Positions 31,031-42,268 of a DNA stretch of 64,000 nucleotides are shown here, piece by piece. The DNA comes from a virus (Duplodnaviria > Caudoviricetes). Within the stretch, counting starts at the first letter, position 1; each line of letters opens with the position of its first letter. Below the pieces are notes generated by a model that saw only the letters and a list, made by a program, of their open reading frames with translations, did not search any database and was not told where the DNA came from. The position numbers were made by a program, and so were the translations under genes. The stretch spans positions 32,001 to 96,000 of the IMG/VR virus record IMGVR_UViG_3300005611_000002. One strand, written 5' to 3'.

Positions 31031-31407
31031 ATGAGTTCCGAGTCCTCGTCTGCGGAGGTCGAACATATGAAGACCGAACTCGCTTCTTTTCTTTCATGGA
31101 TAGAGTCCTTGAGACAATCGGGGGAACTGGAGAAACTCCAAGACGAGATGTGGTCATTATTCATGGATCAGCCCGAGGTGCAGACGCACTTGCAGACGAT
31201 TATGGACGTGAGCGAGGACTTAGAGTTATACGCTATCCCGCAGACTGGAACACCCACAAAAAAGCAGCAGGACCAATCCGAAACAGATTAATGTTGACAA
31301 ATGGGCAACCACATGTTATTATAGCATTTAAAGGCGGTAATGGTACTGCCGATATGATTCGACAAGGCAAGAGAGCTGGTGTTCCAGTCTATGAGGTGAA
31401 AGAATGA
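31027..31407 (+). CDS. SLOG/YspA-like (DUF2493) protein
   Basis: RVLVCGGR...IIHGSARGADALA...AGPIRN...GGNGTADM. Confidence 0.85.
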   Translation: MNEFRVLVCGGRTYEDRTRFFSFMDRVLETIGGTGETPRRDVVIIHGSARGADALADDYGRERGLRVIRYPADWNTHKKAAGPIRNRLMLTNGQPHVIIAFKGGNGTADMIRQGKRAGVPVYEVKE

Positions 31408-32147
31408 ATAGACAACAATACGACGCTTTGAATAAAGAACAAAAAGCGATTGCTACGGAAGCTTACATTGATGGATTTCTAGCTTGCATAGAACAAGTAA
31501 AATCCATCACGGTCAGAGTAGGAGATCAGGATGTCGACAAAACGTTTCGAGTTAATCGAGACATGATTACTGAAAACCTGCATGATACCTATGAGAAACT
31601 TTTACTACAAAAGTTGGTAAAATGATGTATATGGCATGGCTGTGTTACCCACACGATTATGATCCCGAATATGAAATTGAAGTAGAAACTAAGATTGTAT
31701 TTAAAGAACCCGATGGTTGGGAATACGCCAAGATTATTCCAATTCAATTTAGTGTTCTCCATCAATGGTCTGATAAAGACAAGGGGCTTTATAAATGAGT
31801 TATAAAGTATTTCTATTTGAAAACGACCATTGGCTCTACTGTAGTGATGTGACGCTGGAAGATGGTGTTTATCACGGTTGGGTAGAGAACGGTGCTTGGC
31901 ATCTAATGTATGACAGCAAACTCAAAGGATGGTTTGCTTGTCATAGCAGAGCCGCAGCAGACAGTCTTGTGGCAGTTACCAAAGGTTATAAGGAACTTGT
32001 TTGGGCTTGCGATCCTGCTCGAGCACTGTTTGACTATAACAGTGTGATTGAGGACGCTAAAAAACGCTATGCTGCTGGCGAACCTGCTGACTTTGAACTT
32101 AAACCAGAACCTGTATATGAAAATGATGACGAGGAGATTCCTTTCTA

Positions 32148-32606
32148 ATGAAACTATGGATTGATTGTGAATTTAACGAATTTGGGGGTGACCTCATTTC
32201 AATGGCTCTTGTCGCAGAAGACGGGCAAGAGTTTTACGAAGTGTTGAATCTTGAGAATGATGAGAAATATGGTTCTTGGGTATACTTCAATGTTGTTCCG
32301 TGGTTGAACAAAGACCCGATCACCAAGCAAGAGTTTCAGCAAAAACTCTGGATGTTCATTAATCAATGGGAAGAAGTCCATATTGTTGCTGACTGGCCTG
32401 ACGACATTCGGTATTTCTGTGCAGCTCTCATTACAGGTCCTGGTCAAGCACTTAACACTCCGCTGAAACTGACTATGCAGATCGATCGCGAACTGAATAC
32501 GCTCGACAGCAAAATTCTACACAATGCTCTTGAAGATGCTCGGAGTATCAAGCGTAGTTGGGAGCGGCGCGAAAAAGAAATGATTGGATATGGAGTAAAA
32601 GAATGA
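32148..32606 (+). CDS. DEDDh 3'-5' exonuclease (Rv2179c-like)
   Basis: WIDCEF...LISMALV...ADWPDD...HNALEDA. Confidence 0.8.
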   Translation: MKLWIDCEFNEFGGDLISMALVAEDGQEFYEVLNLENDEKYGSWVYFNVVPWLNKDPITKQEFQQKLWMFINQWEEVHIVADWPDDIRYFCAALITGPGQALNTPLKLTMQIDRELNTLDSKILHNALEDARSIKRSWERREKEMIGYGVKE

Positions 32607-32718
32607 AACACAACGGAAAAGATTTTTACTGTCCCAAAAGCGGAATGTGTATGTGTGCTGTTGCGGGTAAGAAGAAGCCAAGTAAAGAGTGCGTTGGAAT
32701 TGCTAAAGGGAAAAAGAA

Positions 32719-34790
32719 ATGAAACTGACTGTAACTGAAATTGCTGTTCATAAAGAAGGCGAGAGCCCGATCTTTGGTGACATTGTAACACACGTGAAAC
32801 TTGACGACGAGGGTGGTGGCCCTTTCATTAAAATTGTTCAACACAATGACACAAAGATGGATGAAATCCGTCTTGACTTCAATGAAATTGAATATATTCT
32901 CAAAGCAATCGAGATGCTGAAAGCAGGTGAACATGTTTGATCCTGAAAATCTAAAAGTAGGTGATGTGTTCTACTCTGTAAAGGAACGCAATCAAGCATT
33001 TAACCGCAAAAAAATTCAAATGGAACTGGATGGAGTGGATTGGTTTCGATATGATCGCCCTCTTCGCACTTATGAAATTGTGACTCACAAAGTTCTTGGC
33101 ATTCTTCGTAAACAGCTTGAAGGTGATTGGACTTTTGGAGAGTCAGTAGAACTTGAAACTGGCTTTGTGGTTTGCAGTCAAGATGAAACTCACGTTCGAA
33201 CATCGGAGTTTTATTTTGATGAAAATAAAAAGTATTTTGTTGACATTGACGAAGCAATGGTATATAAAGAAACTATGGAACAAGAAGCAAAAGAACTGGA
33301 TAAAAAATGAATCCACAAGAACCAGCAGAAGGTATTCTAAAACAAGGTGACTTTGGGCCCGCAAAGTTTTACTATGTTCAATGTGATTGTGGTGATGATG
33401 ATTGTTCTCATACAATCGAAGTCGAAGCAGACGATTCGCACGTGCAAGTTCATCTCTACTCGAATCATCACACGAAGTGGTGGAATAGAAGTCGTTGGAA
33501 ACAGATCTGGCAGATCCTCACAAAAGGTTATGCCGAGATGCAGACCACGATAGTGCTGAATGAACAAACTGCTCTCAACTACTCGAACGCGCTTCAAACT
33601 GCTATGACTGACGTAAAAAAGTTCCGAGATGAAAGGACTAAGAAATGACTGACGAAATCAAACAAGACCTCGAAAAGATTCTGAAGAAACTAGACAAGAT
33701 CGAAAACATTATCAATCGACCATATGAACCGTATGAATATCCTGGTGACGACACACCTCAACCATACTACTATTCAAAAATGACCACCTGTTCTAAATGC
33801 GGTATGACTTTTGAAGGTATGACGAGTTACTACTGCCCACAAAACGACTGTTCAACTTTTATGAAAGCAACCTAAATGCGCGTTTACATCGGACCCTACA
33901 TCTCTCGCTGGACAAGCTACTTAGATGAAAAGTGGCTAGAATTGCGATATAAAGACAACCACTGGAACATTGATGAAGATCAATATGATCGTTGGGATCG
34001 TCTTGCGGTAAAGCTGAGTGATTCCGTGCAGTGGATCTATAATCATACAATCAATCTTTATCTTGATGAAAAAGTACGTAAGATTGATGTTCGAATTGAT
34101 CGGCATGACATGTTTAGTGCTGATGATACACTAGCACACATCATTCTTCCCATACTGAAGAAGTTGAAAGAAAACAAGAACGGTTCTCCGTTTGTAGATG
34201 ATGAAGACGTCCCAGAAGAACTTCGTAGCACAAGTGCTGCCAAGCTTACGGATGAACAGATCAACACCGGTCACGTAGATGAGTTTCACCACGATCGCTG
34301 GCAGTGGGTACTTGATGAAATGATCTGGGCTTTTGAACAAAAAGTTCGTAATTGGTGGGAAGAAGACTACATTATCGAACATCCAGAAATTGACTTTGAA
34401 AACAAAGAAAAAGTTGAGCACGAAGGTGAAACATTCTATGAACTCAAGTGGAGAAAGAAGGGTGTCTATGATGATGAAGGTCGTAAAGCTCATCAAAAAC
34501 GTATGTCGAATGGATTCCGACTCTTTGGAAAGTACTACGAAAGTCTTTGGACCTAATAGTTGACAAATTCCAAGAATCGGTATACTATCATAATAGGTAA
34601 ACCGAAAGGAACGCTTATGGATATTTTGATTGACATTGACGGTCTCACTGTTCGTGAACTCCGCAAATTTCTCGACTCGTACAATGAAGATGATGTTCTC
34701 GAAGTACGTCAAGAAACTTATCGTTCTTTTGGTACTGGATCTAGTTATGAGCAAACGGAACTTTATATTCATGAAAAGAAAGAAAAGTAA
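32719..34790 (+). other. Small hypothetical genes (32719-32940, 32927-33310, 33307-33648, 33645-33875, 33876-34556, 34617-34790)
   Basis: Coupled ORFs with RBSs. Confidence 0.6.
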
Positions 34791-35359
34791 TGTCTGAACC
34801 TATCTGTACTGTAATGGTTGGCTTGCCTGGACTGGGCAAGTCTACTCTGTTGAACTTTGTTGATAATCCAGAGTTCGGTGATACTGTGTTTGTTTACAGC
34901 ACTGATAACTATATTGAGCAACAGGCAAAGGCGCTCGGTAAAACCTATGATGAAGTGTTCAAAGACTATATCGACAAGGCTACTTTTCGGATGAATGCTA
35001 TTCTTGACATTGCTATCAAAGATGGGGTTGACGTGTACTGGGACCAGACTAACTTGGGCGTGAAAAAGCGGGCCAAGATCATCAATCGTATGCGGCAAGC
35101 TGGTTATGCTGTTCATTGTATCTGTATTGTTCCTCCTGAAGCAGGTTGGATTGATGCTCATACAGAGTGGAAACATCGTTTGGCTAATCGCCCAGGTAAG
35201 ACTATTCCCGACAATATCATGAAGAGCATGATTGATAATTATGTTGAACCTGAACTAGAAGAAGGGTTTGATACTGTAACATACTATAACATGTATGGGG
35301 TGATGATTACTATAGATACGGAGAAAAAGAACGAAACCTTATATACACGCAAAAAATAG
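34790..35359 (+). CDS. Polynucleotide kinase-like P-loop kinase (AAA_33; PseT N-domain-like)
   Basis: MVGLPGLGKST; WDQTNL...R; EEGFD. Confidence 0.8.
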   Translation: MSEPICTVMVGLPGLGKSTLLNFVDNPEFGDTVFVYSTDNYIEQQAKALGKTYDEVFKDYIDKATFRMNAILDIAIKDGVDVYWDQTNLGVKKRAKIINRMRQAGYAVHCICIVPPEAGWIDAHTEWKHRLANRPGKTIPDNIMKSMIDNYVEPELEEGFDTVTYYNMYGVMITIDTEKKNETLYTRKK

Positions 35360-35550
35360 TGTGAAACGGTATGGAGGTATTATCGAAGATTATCTACCTA
35401 TCCACGACTGGTTTGACTCAACCAAAGCTGTCTCTTGACCCTGTTCAAAATCGTGCACTGATTGAGTATCAAGAAAACGATGAAGAGGTTGTAATTGAAA
35501 CGTCGCCGCCTCGAACAGAGGAACTTCAAGGTTTTGAGTCTCTGAAATAA
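35331..35550 (+). pseudogene. Decayed gene remnants: DUF6915-like N-terminus with ACG in place of ATG, joined out of frame to another gene's C-terminus
   Basis: KPYIHAKNSVKRYGGIIEDYLPIHDWFDSTK then TGA at 35436; second frame LDPVQNRALIEYQ...FESLK*. Confidence 0.6.
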
Positions 35551-35574
35551 AAGTGAGCTTCGGCTCACTTTTTT
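35551..35574 (+). terminator. Intrinsic terminator with C(UUCG)G loop
   Basis: AAGTGAGC-TTCG-GCTCACTT followed by a T run. Confidence 0.85.
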
Positions 35575-35633
35575 GTTTACATTTGTTCCGAATCAGTATA
35601 ATATCATAATAGGTAAAACGAAAGGAACCTCTT

Positions 35634-35909
35634 ATGCTGACTGTAGATCAAACTGTTCGTTCTTACTCTGGCCGTCCTGGCTGCATGTGCGGATGCAAGG
35701 GCACCTACAATGAAGGTGAACGTGCTCGCAAGATGGCCGTTACAGCTCTGCTGAAAAATCCTGAAGTTCGGCTGCAGACTTGGAACCAAGGCCGCGGCGA
35801 TGATGCAGGCTGTCTGTTTGTTGACACCTCTACTCGTACTCGAGTTCTGTATCTGACTGCAGAAGGTGTTGAAGCTGCTCGTGCAATGGGCGTAGAAGAA
35901 ACAAAATGA
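35634..35909 (+). CDS. Early hypothetical protein
   Basis: YSGRPGCMCGCKGTY motif; follows a promoter cassette. Confidence 0.65.
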   Translation: MLTVDQTVRSYSGRPGCMCGCKGTYNEGERARKMAVTALLKNPEVRLQTWNQGRGDDAGCLFVDTSTRTRVLYLTAEGVEAARAMGVEETK

Positions 35910-36427
35910 CTGTTCTGCAAAACCTTCGTTCTCGTTACTTCGATATGAATCTTCATACTGCTTGGGTAGATGAGGACGAAGGTGTTGCGACTTTTCCTCT
36001 GTGGAACCTCTCTGGTCAACTTGTTGGATACCAGCAGTATAGACCATCGGCTACTAAGAAGAAGGACAACAATCCAAAGATGAGCCGATACTTTACGTAT
36101 CGTAAGAACAAAGTGGTCGGTGTTTGGGGTCTTGAATCTTGGAACCTGTCGAATACACTATTTGTAACTGAAGGAACGTTCGATGCTTGCAGACTTACTT
36201 ATCTTGGGTATAGTGCTGTCGCTACCCTTTCTAACGATGTTGATGATAGCCTTAAGCGTTGGTTATGGACTGTTAGGAAGAGTCGTTTGGTTATCAGTGT
36301 TTGCGATAACGATGCTGCTGGGAAGCGCCTTGCTAAACATGGCCATCTTTCGCATGTAGTTGAGAGTGGCGACCTTGGTGATGCTACCGACGAATATGTG
36401 GCTAAACTTGTGAAAGAATACAGTTGA
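35906..36427 (+). CDS. Small TOPRIM (primase-like) protein
   Basis: FPLWNLSGQLVGYQQY; FVTEGTFDA; CDNDAAG. Confidence 0.75.
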   Translation: MTVLQNLRSRYFDMNLHTAWVDEDEGVATFPLWNLSGQLVGYQQYRPSATKKKDNNPKMSRYFTYRKNKVVGVWGLESWNLSNTLFVTEGTFDACRLTYLGYSAVATLSNDVDDSLKRWLWTVRKSRLVISVCDNDAAGKRLAKHGHLSHVVESGDLGDATDEYVAKLVKEYS

Positions 36428-36662
36428 CATTTGTTATGAAATGGTTTATACTGATTCTATAAGGAATGAAAGGATCTACAATGACTGTTTTTGAACTCGT
36501 TGGAACTTCTGCTTGTATTGATTGGGCATCGCGCGCGGAACCTAATCGTATTGGTCTCTATTCCAATCGCGAAAAAGCTGAAGCAAAAATCAAAGAGATC
36601 AAAAAAGATAAACACTGGAAGATGGATTGGTCAAGTTTTAACATTTATGAGGTAGAAGTGAA

Positions 36663-37253
36663 ATGAACTACACTTTCCCTGAAATCCGCACTATTGAAGA
36701 TGTGCTTCCGCATATCGAAGGTCGTGAAGAATTCATCGTAGCAGAGCGTGAAGGATATACCGTCGTAAATTACGTTGTGGCGATGGCTGACACCTTTGAT
36801 ATGACTGGCCCTGATGATCTTGGCGGTGCTATTCGCCGTGAGTGCAGAGGTTTGATCTTCGACCGTGACGGAAACATCATGAGTCGTCCGTTTCATAAGT
36901 TCTTCAATGTGAACGAGCGTGATGAAACTCAGTCTCATGTGATCGATATGTTGCAGCCGCATGTAATCATGGAAAAGATGGATGGATCTATGATTCGCCC
37001 TATCTTGGTTGACGGTTACTTGCGGCTTGCTACGAAAATGGGTGTGACTAACGTTGCTATGGATGCAGAGGCTTTTATGGCAAAGAATACCAAGTATAAG
37101 GATTTCTGCATATGGTGTTTGGATGAGGGGTTAACACCTATTTTTGAATGGACTAGTCCATTCAATCAAATCGTTCTTCCATATGAGAACGATATGTTAA
37201 CCCTTCTTGCTGTTAGGGAAAATATAACTGGTCGCTATCTCAGCATCAAATAA
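36663..37253 (+). CDS. rnlA: RNA ligase 1, N-terminal part (motifs I, III, IIIa)
   Basis: ECRGLIF..SRPFHKFFN; EKMDGS; TPIFEW; LLAVRENITGRY; matches the T4 Rnl1 layout. Confidence 0.88.
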   Translation: MNYTFPEIRTIEDVLPHIEGREEFIVAEREGYTVVNYVVAMADTFDMTGPDDLGGAIRRECRGLIFDRDGNIMSRPFHKFFNVNERDETQSHVIDMLQPHVIMEKMDGSMIRPILVDGYLRLATKMGVTNVAMDAEAFMAKNTKYKDFCIWCLDEGLTPIFEWTSPFNQIVLPYENDMLTLLAVRENITGRYLSIK

Positions 37254-37911
37254 TATCATATTTTTCTAGGACAGACTTCTCAAAGGTCTGTCCATTTTTC
37301 ATTTGGTTTATTATTCTAGTTCTAGTTCTTTTATATACCACATCAGGTGACTTCAAATAAGACACATCAGTATTATAGTTTCCATTTGCTTTTCTAGTTT
37401 CAACTCGTTTTTTGATAGATTCTTTAGTGTTTGCTGCGGACATATCGTTGTTGTATGTGCCCAATTTTTTACGAGTTTCTACTCTCTTTTGTATTTCTTC
37501 CTCTGTCCACCCACCTTTAGCTTTTCTAACATTCCAACTCTGTTTACCATTTTCTGTACATTTATCAATGTTATTGTTTAGATATGTTGAAATCTTGTTT
37601 TTCGTTTCTTCTGTGTGTGGTATACCTTCTCTACTTGGTGGAGCATTTCCGCCTAGTGTTAAATTATAACATCTCGGATCATTTACAAGATCATTTGTAA
37701 CAATCTCTGCTTCTTTTTCAAGTGCAGATTCTCTAGTATCAAAAAACTCTAGTATTTCTTTTGTAAACGTTTCTTTGCCATACTTTTTTATGGACTCTGT
37801 AATCGCTATGCCAGAACCCATATATCCATCAGACAAATCTGATGTGCTGTGAACACCTATATAAAATTTCAAATTGCTGTTGTTAGTGACTTTGTATAAA
37901 TAGTGATACAT
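37246..37911 (-). mobile_element. Antisense GIY-YIG (Seg-like) homing endonuclease
   Basis: YLYKVTN...FYIGVH...YMGSG...CYNL. Confidence 0.88.
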
Positions 37912-37989
37912 GCTGGAACTTCCTTTCTTGTTCTAGAGTAGTTGGGGAGACTCTCACATATCCCGCGAACTACATTACTATTTATACAA
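37892..37989. ncRNA. Conserved HEG-leader structured element, copy 3
   Basis: 13-bp perfect inverted ends TTGTATAAATAGT/ACTATTTATACAA; stems CTGGAAC/GTTCTAG and GTAGTT-G-GGGA/TCCC-GCG-AACTAC. Confidence 0.7.
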
Positions 37990-38052
37990 GATAGTAGTTG
38001 ACATTCCACAAAAACCAATATAATATGAACTTAGATGATAAGGAGTGATTCT

Positions 38053-38613
38053 ATGCTACTGAAAAAGATTTGTGAGTTTGATATCCCTACCGTGGATACC
38101 ATATTGCCATTTACTAAGATTGAATCTCTTTTAGAATTTACACGTGACCTTGAAAACGTTGAAGGCTTCGTCGTTGCTTTCGAAGATGGTCACAGAATAA
38201 AAATCAAAGCAGATCAATATGTTCGTATTCACAAGACTATTGACCGTATCACGTTTGATCGTAACATCGTTGACCTAATCATCAACGAAGAAGTTGACGA
38301 TATTATTCCGATGCTGCCGACTGTTCAAGTAGACCGCATTCGTGACTTCGAAACTCGTTTCTGGGAAGCGTTTGTAGCAACTGAGGACCGTCTTGCTGTA
38401 TATCAAACCGGTTGCGCACTGGTCTACAAGAATGACCGCAAGCGTGTTGCTTTGGAATTCATTCCGACTCTGGAGCACAAAGCAGATGCTTCGTTCATCT
38501 TTCGTATGTTGGACGGTCACGAAGTTCGTGATTTGATGATAGATCACATTCGTAAAAACATTAGTTCCAATACTCGTTGGGATGCTTGTGCAAAGTGGAT
38601 GGGAATGTGTTGA
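38053..38613 (+). CDS. rnlA: RNA ligase 1, C-terminal part (motifs IV, V and C-domain)
   Basis: EGFVVAFEDGHRIKIKADQYVRIH; own promoter (TTGACA at 37998) and AAGGAG RBS. Confidence 0.85.
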   Translation: MLLKKICEFDIPTVDTILPFTKIESLLEFTRDLENVEGFVVAFEDGHRIKIKADQYVRIHKTIDRITFDRNIVDLIINEEVDDIIPMLPTVQVDRIRDFETRFWEAFVATEDRLAVYQTGCALVYKNDRKRVALEFIPTLEHKADASFIFRMLDGHEVRDLMIDHIRKNISSNTRWDACAKWMGMC

Positions 38614-38661
38614 CATTCTCTCCCACCTAGTATATAATGATCCTATAAAGGAGAATCAGAT

Positions 38662-39855
38662 ATGAATATACATCACAGACCACTCTTTGATACTAAAAGA
38701 GTGGAAGAATTCTACTCTGAAAAAGACGGAGTTCCTGTAACTTACGTTTGTACTAGTGCTCTTGGTTCAGAAGCTCAAGCGATGGATATCTTCTATCGTG
38801 AGACACCACACTCGGAGTTTGGTAATCGCTACTTCGGTTTATATAATACAAATGATTATGGCGTCATGATTACAAATGCAGATAAGATCGAAGAACTTGA
38901 GTTTGGTATGAAAGAGTATAATGGAGAATGGCACTACAGTCAACATCGTCATGACTTCTATACCATCGGTGATACATCACTGGACGGTGGTCGTGCTTAT
39001 TTCCGTTGTGTTGGTAATGTAAATTCGCCAACTAAGTTTTTGAAAATAAAAGATGGAGAGTTTATGGAGTGCGAAAATGAGTGACGATTGTGTGCAGCAT
39101 TATGAACTAGAATGGGTTCAAGAACAGATTTGGGATTTAGAAGAAAAGATCCGGCAACTCCAAGATGGCAATACTCTCTTGAGAAAGGATATAAATGCCA
39201 TTAAGAACGAAGTAAAAGATGGAGAATTTGTAGATGCCCCTACCTGAAGGAAGAAAACCACTGGGTAAAGAGTGGTTTGTAGAGAATTCTCAAAACTTTT
39301 CTTGTGTAAAGCGCGTCGAAGTGATTGATAACGATGGTCGTATCTACACAAAGTACGACGTAAAATCTGTGCGGTATCAGCTACAAGATGATGGGCGAAC
39401 GCTCAAACTATTTGTGGAGTATGAAAATGAGTAAAGCATTTTGGGAAGGATTTTGGTATGGTTGGAGAATAACGATTCCTTACGCCTTAGCATTCTTTTT
39501 AGGCGGAGTTTTTGTCTATCTTATACATCCTTATGAGCTATGTGATCGTAAGTATGAAGACCCAAGCGATATCATGGAATGCGTCTGGATTCTCGAAAAC
39601 TGAAAATAGTTGTTTACAAACACTCCGAATCAGTATATACTAATAATATAAAGGAGGAACAACATGGCAAAAATTCATCACTTCAACCACCCAGTAGACC
39701 TTTCGAAAGAATCGATTGGCAACTATTACATGAACCTCTACGATGCTAAGACTGGAGAGTTCGTTGAAGGTCGCCACTACGAGATGTATAGTGGAAATGC
39801 AATGATGGACGAAGCTAAAGAACTTCGCCAACTTGGATATAAAACGGAGTGGTAA
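38662..39855 (+). other. Small hypothetical genes (38662-39084, 39077-39247, 39234-39434, 39427-39603, 39664-39855)
   Basis: Coupled ORFs; promoters at 38610 and 39613. Confidence 0.6.
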
Positions 39856-39856
39856 G

Positions 39857-40312
39857 ATGCTGGTAGTATTCGACATCGATGGCACACTGGCCAACATCGA
39901 GCATCGTCTTGATTATGTTCGTTCCAAGCCCAAGAACTGGAAAGCCTTTGATGCTGGCATTCCGAATGATAAAGTGAACGAGCCTGTTGCCGAAGTTCTT
40001 GTTTGCTTGAAAACAGCATTTGCAGGAAACATCATTCTTTTTGCTAGTGGTCGTAGTGAAAGGTCACGACAAGCTACTGAACAGTGGCTTGAAACAAACG
40101 GACTGCTCAAGTATTCACACGGATTATATATGCGTAAGGCAGACGACTACCGTGCAGATGATATCGTGAAAGATGAGATCATTGACGAGATTGTAGCAGA
40201 CTATGGCAAACTTCCGGATATGTGGTTTGATGACCGTCCGCGAGTTGTGCGAGCTGTTCGTAAACGTGGTATCTTCGTGTTTGATGTCTATCAAGGTGAG
40301 GAGGACTTCTAA
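39857..40312 (+). CDS. HAD phosphatase (PseT 3'-phosphatase domain-like)
   Basis: VFDIDGTLA; ASGRSE; LYMR..DYRADDIVK; FDDRPRVV. Confidence 0.88.
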   Translation: MLVVFDIDGTLANIEHRLDYVRSKPKNWKAFDAGIPNDKVNEPVAEVLVCLKTAFAGNIILFASGRSERSRQATEQWLETNGLLKYSHGLYMRKADDYRADDIVKDEIIDEIVADYGKLPDMWFDDRPRVVRAVRKRGIFVFDVYQGEEDF

Positions 40313-41143
40313 TGAGCGAAGAGTTATATCAATTCCTAGCATGTGACTACTATGCTACAGGAGAGGGGCGAACAGTCTCTCTTCTTATTACTCGAGCATA
40401 TCCTCGCACTGATGATTATGAAGATCCGGTGACAGGAAATCTCAAACCCGGGCACACAGCAAAAGTCAGAGCAGCTCGTGAATTTAGCGAGAAATTCGGC
40501 GGTTGGTATCTGCAAGGTGCTGAAAACTTACCACGAAAAGAGTTTCTTCAAAGGTTCGGTAATCACCTTCCAGAATACTTGCATAAAATACTGAACGACC
40601 CAGAACAACCGGGCAATCTCAATTTTTCAACACAAATTCATATGAACTTTTCATGAGGTATAGCATGTTCAAAAACTTTTTCAAAAAAGAACCAGAGCCC
40701 ACGGGCGAAAAAACTCTTGATGTTATCATTCGAGAAGGACGAGAACAGTGGAATCTCGAATCTACAATTCCACCAACCGAAAAAGAACCAACTATGAAAG
40801 AAATGTTTGATGAGGTTCTTGAAAGGCTAGATCGGATTGAAGCAAAAATCAAAGAGTTGTAATCGTGTACACAGTTGAAATGGATCATGACGAAACTACG
40901 GTTACCATCCTAGATGATGAAGGTAACTATGAAGACATAGTATTCAATATCTTTGATGATATTGTATACGTGAGACAATGGGATGATTTCCTGGACACTT
41001 TCAGCGCAATTGCAATGTCACCAGAAATGTTTGATGAATTCATAGCTGCTCTTCAAAGCCCTGTAGGTGCTTATAAAATTGAACGGTTGACAAATGATCA
41101 AAAGTAGTATATAGTTTAACTATACAAAACTGAAAGGTACCAA

Positions 41144-42268
41144 ATGAAAGTGATTCATAAAACCCCCGAGCTCTACAAGCGCGACACCAAAGGCAAGGTA
41201 CGTATTTGGTGGGCTGAAGCTGGAACTGACGGCGAAACTTGGGCATGGCGCGCAAACTCTGGTGTCAAAGAAGGAAAGATCGTAGAGTCTGGTTGGAAAC
41301 TCGTTCGACAGAAAAATGTTGGTCGTTCGAACGAGACTTCGCTTGAAGAACAAGCAATCGCAGAAATGACTGCTGAGTTTGACAAAAAATCAGAACGCGA
41401 ATACTTTCCTGAAATTGTCAATGTAGATTCATACGAAAAGTTCAAGCCGATGCTTGCTGCGGGTTACGAACATCACACCTTTGACTTTGAAAGCAACACT
41501 TACTTTTCTCAGCCTAAGCTTGACGGCATTCGTTGCATTGCAAAAGCTGACGGTCTTTGGACTCGTGCTGGAAAAGAAATCGTGAGTTGCCCTCATATCT
41601 TCGAGTATCTTCAGCCATTTTTTTCGAAGTATCCTCATGCGGTACTTGACGGTGAGCTCTACAATCACGATCTAAAAAATGACTTCAATAAGATCACTTC
41701 TTTGGTGCGCAAAACCAAACCGAAACCCGAAGACATCGAAGAATGCGCGCAACTTGTTGAGTATCACGTGTATGATTTTTGTAACAAAGACCTGGATTTT
41801 ACATTCGAGGATCGTTACAACTTTATTTACGATCAAGGTTTTTCTGCACCGCTGGTTGTAGTTGAAACTCGTACAGTTCATAACAATGAAGAAATCGATG
41901 CACTGTATGGGCAATACCTCGAGTATGGTTACGAGGGTCAGATGATCCGTCTCAACACTCCGTATGAAAATAAGCGTTCGAAATATCTGCTCAAGCGTAA
42001 AGAGTTTTTGACTGACGAGTTTGTAGTTTCTTCTGTTGAAGAAGGAAAAGGCAACTGGGCTGGTTATATCAAGCGATTTGTACTTGAACTACCTGACGGT
42101 CGTACATTTGGTGCTGGTGTACGTGGTACTCAAGAAGTCATGAAACAACTTTTTGAAGCAGAAGAAAAACCCACGTGGGCTACGCTTCGATATTTCACCC
42201 CAACTCCAGATGGAGTTCCGCGGTTTCCAGTCGTAGTCGACTGGGGTACTGGTCAACGCGAAGACTAA
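41144..42268 (+). CDS. ATP-dependent DNA ligase
   Basis: PMLA; QPKLDGIRC; LDGELY; YHVYD; GYEGQMIR; LLKRKEF; PRFPV. Confidence 0.95.
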   Translation: MKVIHKTPELYKRDTKGKVRIWWAEAGTDGETWAWRANSGVKEGKIVESGWKLVRQKNVGRSNETSLEEQAIAEMTAEFDKKSEREYFPEIVNVDSYEKFKPMLAAGYEHHTFDFESNTYFSQPKLDGIRCIAKADGLWTRAGKEIVSCPHIFEYLQPFFSKYPHAVLDGELYNHDLKNDFNKITSLVRKTKPKPEDIEECAQLVEYHVYDFCNKDLDFTFEDRYNFIYDQGFSAPLVVVETRTVHNNEEIDALYGQYLEYGYEGQMIRLNTPYENKRSKYLLKRKEFLTDEFVVSSVEEGKGNWAGYIKRFVLELPDGRTFGAGVRGTQEVMKQLFEAEEKPTWATLRYFTPTPDGVPRFPVVVDWGTGQRED

